The notes under the pieces: model-generated | Databases searched by the model: none | Told to the model about the DNA's origin: nothing | Seen by the model: only the letters and a program-made list of their open reading frames with translations | Made by a program: the position numbers and the translations under genes | Origin: Paraspadella gotoi | Lineage: Eukaryota; Animalia; Chaetognatha | Length of the DNA stretch: 64,000 bases | Direction: 5' to 3' | Assembly: GCA_051294375.1 (NCBI GenBank) | Contig: CM119263.1 | Span: forward strand, 26,617,130 to 26,681,129 | Part shown: one piece after another, positions 1 through 13,101 of the stretch | Layout of the letters: every line of letters starts with the position of its first letter | Position numbering within the stretch: position 1 is the stretch's first letter

Positions 1-176
1 AATCTATCTAACGATCTACGCTCTCTATCTTTCTCTCTCGCTCCCTCCCCCCAATATTATTCATCCTTTTCGTTTCCAATTTTTGCGGTTCTCGATTTTT
101 TTTCTACCTTCTTTTTTTTTCACACTCCCTCTCTCTCTCTCTCTCGCTCTTCTCTCTCTCTTCTCTCTCTCTCTCT

Positions 177-221
<45 letters not shown>

Positions 222-250
222 TCTCTCTCCCATTATTCTTTTCTCTTTCA
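1..250 (-). repeat. Noisy inverted copy of ~12930-13300
   Basis: 1-130 (cgatctacgctctctatctttctc...tattcatccttttcgtttc...ttttgcggtt...cacactcc) is the reverse complement of ~13160-13300 (ggagtgtg...aaccgcaaaa...gaaacgaaaaggatgaata...gagaaagatagagagagcgtagatcg). The extent beyond ~130 is approximate because it runs into (CT)n. Confidence 0.85.
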
Positions 251-1812
251 CATCTTCATTTTTTTTTGTCTTATTACCTGTTTTTTTTTCTTTCTTTTTT
301 TTCCTACTATTTTTCCCCCTCCTTAAATCCAACGGGCGCCAACGCCTTTGAATCTCTTTCCCCCCCTCCACGCCCCCCTTCTCTTTCCTTGAATCCGGGT
401 GGTGGTTTAAACGAGGTGGTTCTTGGCGACTGGAAAGGTGGTGGATTAGGTGGTAAAAGAGGCGAATTAAAGAGTGGTGGAAAAGGGGGATGGGGCCCCT
501 AGACTTTTTTGGTCCGGCAGGAATAATGTTGGTTTACGGTGAATGAGGGGAAGTTTATGAGAGATTAGAGGCAAATCATCTCGGGGAAAAAACTGCAGGA
601 AAAACACGGAGAAGTTTATGTTGTTTTTCTCCTTGTTGTTGTTGTTGTGGTTGTTATAGATGTCGATTTGCGTTTATAATTATAATTTTTATCGGTAGCT
701 CTTCTTCTACAATGTTACTAGTTTGTGTCATCTCGCTAATTTATATCGAATTGTTTAAATTGTTTAAATTTGGATTGTTGATTTTTTTTAACTTTTCAAC
801 ATCCAATTTACTAAGTGTGGCTTTAATGAAATGATAAACTATGATAAAAATCAATAAATGTTTTTCACGCTCGCAGCAAATCTTGCTTCTATAGCAGGGA
901 ACGGCCTGGGAAAACTCAGTCGATGAAAAAACCAAAAGGAAATTCGATTTCGGGACAAAATTCCATTTGATTTTTCACAAAACGGGAAAAAAAAGGGGAG
1001 AAACGTTGGAAAATTCTGGAAAACGAAAATGAATGGCCAGCGGCATGTACATTGGGTTTAAGAGCAAGCTGGAAGGACTTTAGCGTTGGGGGAAAATGGG
1101 TTAAGAACCGGACGTAAATTTCATGGTGATGGATTTTTTCAAGGGTTCGTTTATTTACAGGCAATGGTAAACTTTGATTGTGATAGAAAGAATGATGATT
1201 CAATTTCGAAATTTAGCTCAGGTTTTTCGAGGTGAAAATAAAAACGTCCAGTTTAGACTTTTCAGTCTTTTGAGTCTCTCACCGACTTTTGGTTTACGTC
1301 ACGGAACGCGAATTGCCGTCGGCAAAGTCCGGGTTCGAATCCCGAGGACGGAGTTTGATTAAGTTGAAGATTGAGTCGTAGAGAGCGGCGGTGGCTTTGT
1401 AAAGGGGGAAGAGGGGGGTTTTTAGGGGTTGGTAAACGTATGGAATAAAGGCAGTAGTTAAAATGAGACCGCTTTATGTCGTTGTTGTTGTTCATTTTTT
1501 TTACAATTCAAGGAAAAGAAGTAAGACAAAGTGTTTCACGTGAATTTCACCGGATGCGATCATGACCTAAGGAAAGAAATGAGAAAGGAGGCGACCCATT
1601 TAATGCGATTCAAAATTTAAAGATTAAATAAAAAAAAATTCCCAGATTCGCAAAGAGTCGAGAGTCGAGAGTAAACAAAGAGCAGATTCGCCCGCCTTTG
1701 TTTTTTCAAAAGCCCATGGATCCTGGCGTGCGCCACGGGGGCTCATTCGGGGCTCATCGGAGGCCCGGAGAGGCCGATTATAAAACGTCGAGAAAGTTGA
1801 TTCAGCTGAGAA

Positions 1813-1928
<116 letters not shown>

Positions 1929-4900
1929 CTTTTGTTTTTCTTTTCTGTTTGGCGGCGCCATATTTCTTTTCTCTCTGGCATTTCGCTCATCCTCGTATTT
2001 TCTTATTTACTCTCCGGTTTTTTTTTCCGATCTTCATAGAAACTTAATTATTTATAGTTCGTTTCACGATAATCTTACATTTTAAACTAATTTAGCTTTA
2101 TAAACTTGAGTAAATTTTAAACTTGGTGAACTGAATAACTGTCAATATTAATTAAATTTGTTTAAGTTCGTTTCAATTTATTTATCTTCGTTTATTCGAA
2201 TATTTTTTCCCGATCATATTTATTCCCCGTAAATTTTAGTTTATTATGGTTTTTATTTTGAAAAAGTTTCAAAAATTATTTCTAAATATTAAGCGAATTT
2301 AACTTAAAATTTACATCATTTATTCTAATTATTCAATTTATTTCATGTCTTCATTGCCTCCGTCAAAAAGTATAGGGTTTAGAATGTAATTAATTTGGAA
2401 TACTCATAATCCAGACGAAATAAAGGCTGAGAATACCCAGTTTTGAATATTATCGCACCCAATAGGTTTTGAAGCGAATAAGTCTGAATTTAATCGCATC
2501 TCACAAGTCTGGATGCAGATGAGTTTGCGCGGGAGTGAATTTCACTTCGAAATTCACTCAAGTTGCGATGATTTCGATTCACCGACCTTCAATTTATTTT
2601 TTTTTTTTAAATCGACCTCGAGGAAATTTACGCAAATTTTTCGGCAAAGAAAAGTATGACGACGACGACGACGACGACGACTATCACAACGCTGACAACG
2701 ACGATGAAGACAAATTCTTATTTGTTGCCAAATTATAAAATAAAAACTGTTATGAAAAAATATATTAATCTAAGAATTTTGTCGTGAAATCCTCACAGCG
2801 AAAAAAAAAGTTTTTACAAATCGTAGATTTTCGTCGCAAGTTTTACTCTTTTTTTGTCTTAGTTTTTTTTTTTTCTTTTTTTTTTTCAAATAGTAAATTT
2901 ATTTTTCATGCTAACGTTGCTGGGTCGATCCGACCTCAACCATTTTTCATCGTCGTACAGAAAAAAATATTTGAAAAAGAAAAAAAAAAAGAAAAGAAAG
3001 AAAGTTTAATCATGTGAATCATTAATCTTGTTCTCGCGGTCGTGTAACACCTTCGATAGAAAAAAGAAAGAAAAAATGAAGCTAAACGCGCATGCGCATG
3101 ACAGAAAATCGATCGACGGTAATTCTTCACAGTTATACCCTTTCACTCATCGCCCCTTCTCCTCTTGGCCCACGCTTTGAGCCCCAACAACGCTTTGCAT
3201 CACGAAATGCAATAAATACAACCTAACCCATATCTTGTGAAATAAAACTCGTGCTTAACTTAAAGGTCATCCGTACTATCAAACCCTGCCTTCTTTTAGA
3301 ATCTTTTTAAATTGGTTTCTTGTTTTACAAATATTTAACTTCCCATTCGCTACCTGCCCAAGCGACTCCTATCCCTCAACCAACGACTATCCCCAACCCC
3401 CCCACTTATCCCCCCCCACCTTCAACCCCCTTTTCAACCTCCCCCACCATCAACCCCTTTTCTACTTTCGATTGACTCCGTCGTCTTTACATCTCAAGAA
3501 ACTCCTCATAATCTCGAGTCGCGACCTCAAAAGACGAAACTTGACAGAAAAACCGACGTCTTTTGTTTTTCTCCTTTTAATTTATTCGCGAAGATCGAAA
3601 GATCGAAAGATCGAGAGATCCCGCCCACGATACTCCCCGTCAATTTTATCGATCGGCGTTGGATGCCCGATTGCCCTGGGGACCTGATCCATCCAACCCT
3701 TTAACCCTTAACTCTAAATCTCCCAAAATCCTAAATTCGTTCTCATCAAAAAACAATCTTTTTTTTTAATATAATCCTGTCACTTCTCTCCTATATTTCT
3801 ACCCCAAATAATAATTTTTCATTTCTTAAACCCCTCCCCTACTTCCCATAACTTTTTTTCTCCCCCATAACCCCCAGATTTCTTCCGATTCCCCCCACCC
3901 TCCCACACTCCCACTGCCCTATCCCCCTAACGAAACCCCATTGCCTAATTTTTTAGTCATGTGTATGCGATGAAGGCGCGAGGAAGTTGACGGAGGACGA
4001 GAGGAAGGACGAAGCTGACGTCGTCGTCGTCTTCTTCATGGTCGTCGTCGTCGTCGTCGTCGTAGATGTAACGGGAAAACAAGCGCGAAAATTATTGAAG
4101 TCGAAACGAAAAAAAAAAAAGAAAAAATCTTAGGCGAAATTCTAAATCGATAGAAATTGTTGTTCTCGACAACAACGACGAACACAAGGGGAGAATTTAA
4201 TTTGACGAACGTCACTGTTCCAATTAAGTCGAAACCCAGAGTAACTCAGGGGCCAGTTTAATTTCACACCGAAGATGAAATCACATACAGCAGACGACAA
4301 ACTTCAAATTCAAAATAGACGAGAGGACGGTATAACCACATTGGCACATAAAATCGAAAACCAATATGTAAGCAAACCCACTACACATCACAGAGAGACA
4401 CACCCACAGAACAAAAAAATGGAAAACTAAAGTGATACAGAGCGAGATATCGTACAGTGAAGCCTCAGTTAAACGAGATTGATGGGACCAGTTCTGATCG
4501 GAAAGAAAAAATTTGTCGACTCAGGATTTTTTTTTTCGTCGTCATTCGCAGTTCAAACGAAGTTTAAAAAAAAAGATGCGAATCTGCGATTTTGAGATCG
4601 AACTTTGACCTTTACCCTCCACTCCCTCTTCCGTCCCCATGCTACCCCTCGCCCTTCATTTGACCCACGCCTCCAAAATCAATTTCTGCGTTGTTCCTCA
4701 CTTGTACTTTTCGTCTTCTCTCCACAATCTTTGTTTCGTCTTTTTCAATTGCGCTCTCATCTTCCCGACTTTAACATTACTTACTTTCCCATTGTTTTTT
4801 TCTCCTGGTTTCGGTTCTACTTTTCTCTTACGGTCTTACCCCATCACTCACCCTATTTGCTTGACTTTCCTTCTCTGCTTTTATCCTAATCTAATTATTC

Positions 4901-5019
4901 TTCACTTCGCTTTTGTTTCAAACTTATCCCTTACCTTTCGTGGTAAAGGATAACACTCACCAGTGGTGAGTCACCATCCTCCCCTGCACTCCAGCCTCCT
5001 CTCCCTCTCACACCTCCTG

Positions 5020-5330
5020 TAACTCCTTAACTCCTCCGGTAACTCCTTCAATAACACCTCCATAAATCCGCCATTACTCCTTCACTAACTCCTTCAATAA
5101 CTCCTCCACTAAATCCCTCATTACCCCTCCACTAACTCCTTCAATAATACTCCACTAAATCCCAATTACTCCTCCAACTCCTTCAATATCTCCTCCAATA
5201 ATTCCCCCATTACCCCTCCAATAACTCCTTCAATAATTACCCCACTAAATCCCAATTACTCTTCCACTAACTCCTTCAATAATTACTCCAGTAAATCTCC
5301 ATTACTCTTCCACTAACTCCTTTAATAATT
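5020..5330 (+). repeat. G-poor ~42-47 bp minisatellite, ~6.5 units (consensus ~aactccttcaataattactccactaaatcccaattactcttccact); noisy copy at ~19150-19445
   Basis: aactccttcaat recurs at 5041, 5087, 5134, 5176, 5223, 5269 and (variant) 5315. Confidence 0.88.
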
Positions 5331-5584
5331 TATCCCCCCCTCACTACCCCACTCCTTCTTCCTCACCTCCACAGTTTCCTCCTCCACTCACCACCTCCTC
5401 ACCGTCGCCAGCTGCGTCGGTGTCTTGGAGGAAACAAGTTTCACGTGAGTCGGCTGCTTAATGGCGGCGCCCCGGAAGGTTGTGTTGTTGTTGTTGTTGG
5501 CGAAAAGAAAAAGAGAGGGAAAGAGAGAGGGGAGAGAAAATAGAGAGAGGAGGAAGAAAGAGTGAAGGGAGGGAGAGAGAGAGA

Positions 5585-5631
<47 letters not shown>

Positions 5632-6821
5632 GCAAAATTGAAAATCGACCGGCTCGCAATCTCGAACGCCGGACCTGGTGAGCAAAAAAAGCTAAATATC
5701 AAGATTGCCTGAACTACAAATACCAAAAGTGAAGAGAGAAAAAGCTTTGAATTTTTGATGTCGGAAGAAATCTAGGGTAAAATGAGTTCGTGAATCCGAA
5801 ATCACGTCGGACGATGTGAGAATAAGTGGACCGTGAGTCTCGCAAGGTGATTCGTGCTCCCTGTCAGCCATTGGCCGGAGATCAACTTACGAAGTCAATT
5901 TATTTTTGGGATTTCTTTTTTTATGATAAATACATTTAACAGATATAGTATTATCCGAACTAATATTTGAGGGAATGGTCCTTTTAAACAATTGAAACAG
6001 TTCATTGAGATGGAAGTTAGGTACTTTAAGAATTAATAAACTAGACTGTGAGAGAGTCTTGATTGAAAGCTTGAAGTATGAAGTTCTTTAGCCACCATAC
6101 CATGTCCAAAGCTTTTTGATTGAATGACTGGATAATTTTTCATTGGCTGTACCAATTTCACATAGTATTTATTTATCTATCTAATTTTTTTTTACAACTA
6201 TAAACGATGGGTATAAAATATTCATCTTGATCTCAGTTAACTATTACGTTATCGTTCATTTTTATAATATTAATACTCCTTTTTAATTTATAAGAGCAAT
6301 GTTCTAAAATTTTCTAAGCGTTTTGATACAGCAATGTCTAGTAGTGCACAACGCAGACAGGAGCAAAAGTAATAACCAATTAATTTGGCTCAGAAAAAAA
6401 GTTAAAGGGACAAAATCAGCTGTAGGTAGACCGTTTCGCCACCTTGTTTTTCATTGATTCGTCCACAACGAGATCTTTCTTCTCGTCGCCCTTCGATCGG
6501 GAGATCGAGGATCGTCGTCGATCGGCCTCGAGCCCAACCGCCGTGGCACGCTCTGTGGGGTGGTCTCTAAGTGGCAAAAGGGTCGCGGGTTCGAGACCGG
6601 GCCTCTGCGGGATAGAGAAAGAGGAAGGGAAAGAAGATCATTTGTTTAAAAAAAAAATTCAAGCTGTCTCTCTCTCTCTCTGTCTCACTCTCAATTACAG
6701 CATCAACTAAAATCCTCGAAGTCGATTTTTATTCCAACTATTATTTTTTTTTTTCGGTAGTTTTCTTGAGACTAAATTCGGGTCGAACTCGTTATGTTAA
6801 TTGGTAATTATAAAGAGAGGG

Positions 6822-6876
<55 letters not shown>

Positions 6877-7991
6877 AACACTGTTCTCCTTAGTGCACTG
6901 AACAACAGTAGTTGTCCTTAAAAACTCAAGAAAATTAATCGAGTAAAAAGAGACTTTCGCTGAGTTTAAAACCTTCTGTAAATAAAACCGTTTATTATTT
7001 GCTATGTAATAATTCATATACTACGACAGTCTAGTATCTCAAAAACACGCCCGCCGTCTCTGTCTGGAATTTCTGTCTCAAGGACACGGATTCGTTTTCC
7101 CGATCGAGTATTCTGAACCGGTTCTGGTCTGTAGTTCTGGTCTGTGGTTACGCATGGGTCGTCGTCGTCGTCTTCGTCGTCGTCGTCGTCGGAATGAGAT
7201 TAGAGTTGTCATTTTTCGTCGGTTATGTGATGTGTCACTTTCCCGAAACCATTTTTTTCTTCCAATCCAATGAAAACAAAAATGTAATTAATTAAATCTC
7301 GTTAGAGGGACTTATTTCAGTTCGAGTTCTTACCTGCACTCAAACTCGTTCATTACAGAGAATTTAAAAGTTATAAATGGCGACGCGCCTCGTTCTCACC
7401 CCAAAACTTTTTAACTATTCCAACATCGAATTACTTACGTAATTATAAGCGCAGCACTTTAGCAGCCTCGGTACTTTTTTCCCCGACTGAGAGGTCATCG
7501 GATAATTTGAGAAAAACAACAAATAATGAAGATTCGACAAATTAATGATTTACGCCAAAGTTACTTTGTTTAGGGGAATGAAGTCTTGTTTATGGAATGA
7601 ATGGACATCTTTACTACTAAGCATTGACTAAAATGAAGCAGTAATGTGTAATGATAAAGTTATTGGCATTTAAAACGTAAGTGAAACAGACTGACATACA
7701 AACAGATGGACATACCGACCAAACGACCGACGGACAGACGCTTAATTAAGTTGCTTCGCGAGTACTCGCGGCTCAACTAAAAAAAATTTAAAAAAGAGGA
7801 AAATCAAGAAAAAAAGGTTAGAAAAAAAAAAAGACAAGTGGAGAAAAAGATTTGAGGTTTGACAAGAAAATGTCGAATATTAAGATGACAGAGTGGTACT
7901 CTTCTTCATTGTTGTCGTTGTCGTTGTCATCAATTGTGTCGTCGAATTCTTAATTGAAAGCGGGAGGGTGGAGGAGTTTCTCTCTCTCTTC

Positions 7992-8058
<67 letters not shown>

Positions 8059-8227
8059 CGCCCTAACCCGGGATCTCCGGGCCGAAGATCGAGGCTGATC
8101 TCCCGAAACACTCGCGCTAAACCATCACTGTCGAAAACTGCGTTCCTCGTTGATTTACTTTCGCTTTTAGAAACATATGCTCCCCCGCTCTTCCTTCACA
8201 ACGCGAGAGAGAGAGACGAGAGAGAAG

Positions 8228-8269
<42 letters not shown>

Positions 8270-8599
8270 AGCTAACCAATTTTTTCCGGCAACTTTTCAG
8301 CTTTTTTGGAAAAAGAATTACTGTGAAAAAACTGAAGACGAGGAAGGAGAAGAAGAAGGAGAAGAAGAAGAAGGAGATGGAGAAGAAGTAGAAGGAAAAG
8401 AAGAAGAAGAAGGAGAAGAAGAAGAATAAGAAGAAAAAAGACAAAGTCAGAACAGAAGATTTCTCGATTTTTTAGCGAAATCATAAAAATGACATTAAAT
8501 ATTTAATACTTTGGTTTTTTCAATATTATCAGAAACCTCATCAGTTTGAAGGTTTCCTAAAAATAATTTCGTCTCAAATAAAACTTTATAATCTTATTT

Positions 8600-9080
8600 T
8601 TCTTTTAAAGTGCAAGAAGCATCACAATTAATCTTAATTTAACCTTTCTAAGTGCAGCAGAGCTGCAACTTAGTTCTTTTAACCTTTCTAAGTGCAACAA
8701 GGCCCCAACTTAATTCTTTTAACCTTTCTAAGTGCAACAAGGCCCCAACTTAATTCTTTTAACCTTTCTAAGTGCAACAAGGCCCCAACTTAATTCTTTT
8801 AACCTTTCTAAGTTCAACAAGGCACCAACTTAGTTCTTTTAACCTTTCTAAGGGCAACAAGGCTCCGACTTAATTCTTTTAACCTTTCTCAGTGCAACAA
8901 GGCGCCAACTTAGTTCTTTTAACCTTTTTAAGTGCAACAAGGCTCCGACTTAATTCTTTTAACCTTTCTAAGTGCAAAAAGGCCCCAACTTAATTATTTT
9001 AACCTTTCTAAGTGCTACAAGGCGCAAACTTAATTCTTTTAACCTTTCTAATTGCAACAAGGCGCTTACGAAATTAATTC
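8600..9080 (+). repeat. 40-bp minisatellite, 11 units (aacctttctaagtgcaacaaggccccaacttaattctttt); noisy copy at ~22740-23215
   Basis: aaccttt(c/t)t(a/c) recurs at exact 40-nt spacing from 8641 to 9041, with only point variants between units. Confidence 0.96.
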
Positions 9081-9737
9081 AGTTTTTCTATTTACCCTTC
9101 TATTACTTTCTCCCTCCCTCTCTTACCCGTCTCTACAGTGACTTATATCATTCCACTAATTATTTCCAACTTCCTCTTCCTTAGCCACCTTGCCTTACTC
9201 TTCCCCACTCTCCACTCCCGCGCCCTCTTTGACCGCGCCCACATTCCCGCCAAGACGCAGCAGCATCTCGAGATTTAGTGCCGCAATAACGTTTTCATGA
9301 TTCTCATTCTGGAGAGCGAATTTCTCACCCGCGCCGCACGGTGAGCCTCACCCGTCGGTGGCAATCGCCTCACCTTCTCCTTCTCTAAACTCTTTCGCAT
9401 CCTCGCCTCATTTTTGATTCTCAGACATAGAACTCGTTCTTGGGGAATAGTTTTTATATTTATTTTTATTTATTTATTTATTTTCTCCCTCTTCTCTATA
9501 TTTTTATCTCTGATCATCCTTCCCACCAAAATTTCTCAATCCTTTTATTTTTCCTTTTCTTTTTCTTTTCTTTCCTTTCTTTTTTACTTCCTCTCTTCCT
9601 CCCATCTTCCTCTTCTCGTTAGAATTAACGCCCGACACCTGAAAACCAGATTCTGACGCCAAAAGATCTGAGGTCGCCTTTTATGCTTTCGTTGATGCGA
9701 TCCCTTCCGGATAGATAGATAGAGAGAAGAGAGAAAA

Positions 9738-9807
<70 letters not shown>

Positions 9808-10693
9808 TTCGACGCACCAGGAAATCGTTTTATCACCGACGTTTTTATCACTTTACGATTCGATTCTGTTGCGATTTTATTTCATCCCCCTTGATTCGAA
9901 ACTGTAGTCGGACAGGAGTCGAGACTGTAAAAAGGCGTCGTCGGTGTTGTCGTCGTCGTCGGCGTCGTTTTCGTCGTCATCATCGTCGTTGCAATAGTCT
10001 TGATGTTGCCGACTCTGGCGCCTGCTGAATGTCTCAATCGCCCCGTGTTTGTAAGCATCACTTTAACTTTCTTTGGGGCGCGCGATCATTCGGAATGCAC
10101 AATGCACATGGTGCATGGTACATGGTGCAAGGTGTTAGAGTAATAGGAGTTAATTGTGAGGCGCTAAACCACCAAAGCATGTTCTAAGTCATCGACAAGA
10201 TAGCTTATTTATTAAACGAATAGATAATTTTTATATTGTTTGTACCAATTTCATGGTAAAATACACAACACAACCACAACATGGTGATCCGTCTTTATAT
10301 TTAAAATATATCAATAGTTCCCAGTTGTATTGCGCATCCATGAAACACGCCCATGTCAGGCCTATAAGAGGCAAATAATAAGAAGTTTTTCAAAATGCGA
10401 CATTGGCTATTGACTAATTGTTATGTGTTATAGTGCAAGTCTATTCATTCAAGATGTCGTTTTTTTACCACAAAATATTGAAATTGAATCGCAGTACACA
10501 ATAGTATGGAGTCCGTCATACGACGCCGACTTTTCCGCGTTTTCAAAACCAATCGAAAGAAAAAATGGAAATTCGGCGAAGGAGCTTCTTCTGTTTTCGC
10601 TCGAGTCTGCGATCGATTCGAATTTGCCTCGTGGATTCGTCGTGGGTTGAAAAACACTTCTCTATATTGGATTTCCTTCTTTAGTGAGCTTCA

Positions 10694-10852
10694 TTATCGT
10701 CGCTATCATCATCATCATCGTCGTCGCCATCATGATCATTATCATCATCGTCATAACCATCATAGTCATCCTCATAATCATCATCATCGCCGTCATCATC
10801 ATCATCATCATCATCATCATCAATCATCATCATCATCATCATCATCTTCAAC

Positions 10853-10898
<46 letters not shown>

Positions 10899-11130
10899 TA
10901 TCATCATTATTGTCTTCGTCGACACTATTGTATTTTTGTAAAAGACTTCGTTTGTCGCAATGCTGTTTCTGGTCGCCGTCGTCGTCGTCGTCGTCACCGT
11001 CATCAGTATCGTCGTTCCGTTTGTGGTCGTCGAGATCGTCATCGTCGTCGCTTTGGTCGCCATCATCGTCGTCTTGGTCTGTGTCGTCGTTCCATTTGTG
11101 CTCGCCGTCGTCGTCGTCGTCGTCGTCGTC
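10694..11130 (+). repeat. (ATC)n microsatellite grading into (GTC)n; noisy copy at ~24870-25310
   Basis: Long catcatcat runs at 10790-10910 and gtcgtc runs at 10978-10995 and 11107-11130. Confidence 0.93.
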
Positions 11131-12868
11131 GATTTGATCCGAAGAGACTCGATGGAACTTTTTTCTCGGTTATCGAATCGCATTAGCTGGAATAATGGTT
11201 TTCCCTTCGTCCTNNNNNNNNNNNNNNNNNNNNNNNNNNNNNNNNNNNNNNNNNNNNNNNNNNNNNNNNNNNNNNNNNNNNNNNNNNNNNNNNNNNNNNN
11301 NNNNNNNNNNNNNNNNNNNNNNNNNNNNNNNNNNNNNNNNNNNNNNNNNNNNNNNNNNNNNNNNNNNNNNNNNNNNNNNNNNNNNNNNNNNNNNNNNNNN
11401 NNNNNNNNNNNNNNNNNNNNNNNNNNNNNNNNNNNNNNNNNNNNNNNNNNNNNNNNNNNNNNNNNNNNNNNNNNNNNNNNNNNNNNNNNNNNNNNNNNNN
11501 NNNNNNNNNNNNNNNNNNNNNNNNNNNNNNNNNNAAATTCCTCTTTTAATTTGAAAATATGTCCGCTTTGCCGAGAGGACACCTGTTGATTCGCTCATCG
11601 TCTTTCCAGATTCTCTCTCNNNNNNNNNNNNNNNNNNNNNNNNNNNNNNNNNNNNNNNNNNNNNNNNNNNNNNNNNNNNNNNNNNNNNNNNNNNNNNNNN
11701 NNNNNNNNNNNNNNNNNNNNNNNNNNNNNNNNNNNNNNNNNNNNNNNNNNNNNNNNNNNNNNNNNNNNNNNNNNNNNNNNNNNNNTCTGTCCCCTTTCAA
11801 TGCCGCATTAAAATTTTTTTTGTTCCTTTATTTTCAATCTTTTTCTCATTTTCTGAATTTTTTCCCATCTCGTTTCATTTATTCCTTTTGAATTTTAACA
11901 TGGGAGGAAATGGCCCTCGCTGATTAATTTTTTTATTCAGTTTTTTCCCCTTTTTCCCCAGAATCGAATTTTGATTCAAGACGTTCAGTTTTCTGTTTGA
12001 AATTCAAATAATTTCGTTTTTTTTTTACGAAATTCATTAAAGTCGTCCTTTTTTTTTATAAGTTATGGCGAAGAATGATAAACTTTTCTTTATTATAAAG
12101 AAAAACTTGGTTTTGATTTCAATAGTCCCTTTTGTTTTTTACGATTTTTTTCCGCTCGAAATTTCAAAAAAGGGCGCTCGCAGCAGAAAAGGCGGAAACT
12201 AGAAAAAAGAACAACAGGATGATGAAAATTTTATCAAAATAATTATCAAATTTAAAAATATTACTGGAGAGTTAAAAATCACTAAAAAAATTTCCATATA
12301 TACAATTACATATTCCGATTGTTCCTTTACCTTCTACTCCTCCTCTCTTCGTTGGAAATGTGAAAAAAATAAATCTTGCATCAGCATTCTCTGTGAGGTC
12401 GTCATTGCCGCCGTCGTCGACGTCGTTATCGTCGTCGTCGACGCTGCCAATTATACAGCAGATTTCCCTTCCATTTCCTCTTTTATCCATTTATCCATTC
12501 ATCCATTTCTCCTTCGCGTTACTCGCGATTAAATTCAATCCTCATTCCGGAAAAATTTTCTTTTCCGATTTCTATACGAATCGAAATCTCGAAAAGACGA
12601 CGATGACGACGACTATGACGATGATGAAGATGACGATTATAGTTATCGCCTTCTCTTTTTTCACCTGATCCAGGAAAAACTTGAAAAGTAATATTATCCA
12701 ATTCGGCCTTTATATTGAATATATTTTCCCCTCACCTCTCTTACATCTTATCTTTCTATCTCGACTGAAGGACTTTTCTCCTATCTTAAAAAAGTCTATA
12801 TTTCCATTCTGTGCAAATAAAAAGTATCTAATTTCACTTGATGTTTTTATTCCGATTCATAACCCAAT

Positions 12869-12900
<32 letters not shown>

Positions 12901-13066
12901 NNNNNNNNNNNNNNNNNNNNNNNNNGAGAGAGAGAAGAAGAGAGACAGGGAGAGATACGAGAGAGAGAAAGAGATGAAGAGAGAGAGAAGGAGAGGAAGA
13001 AAGAGGCGAGAGAGGAGGAGGAGCGAGAGGGAGAGAAGAAGAGGGAGAGAGGAAGAGAGGGGAAGA

Positions 13067-13101
<35 letters not shown>

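Noticed and set aside
3695-3715. Telomere-like taaccc repeats
   Set aside because: Only two or three imperfect units; not an interstitial telomeric array.
8600-9080. CRISPR array
   Set aside because: Units are contiguous 40-bp near-identical repeats with no unique spacers, there are no cas genes, and the context is eukaryotic.
10506-11589. His-rich / Ile-Val-rich ORFs (226 aa, 209 aa, 244 aa)
   Set aside because: Translations of (ATC)n/(GTC)n microsatellites and N runs; no recognisable domain.
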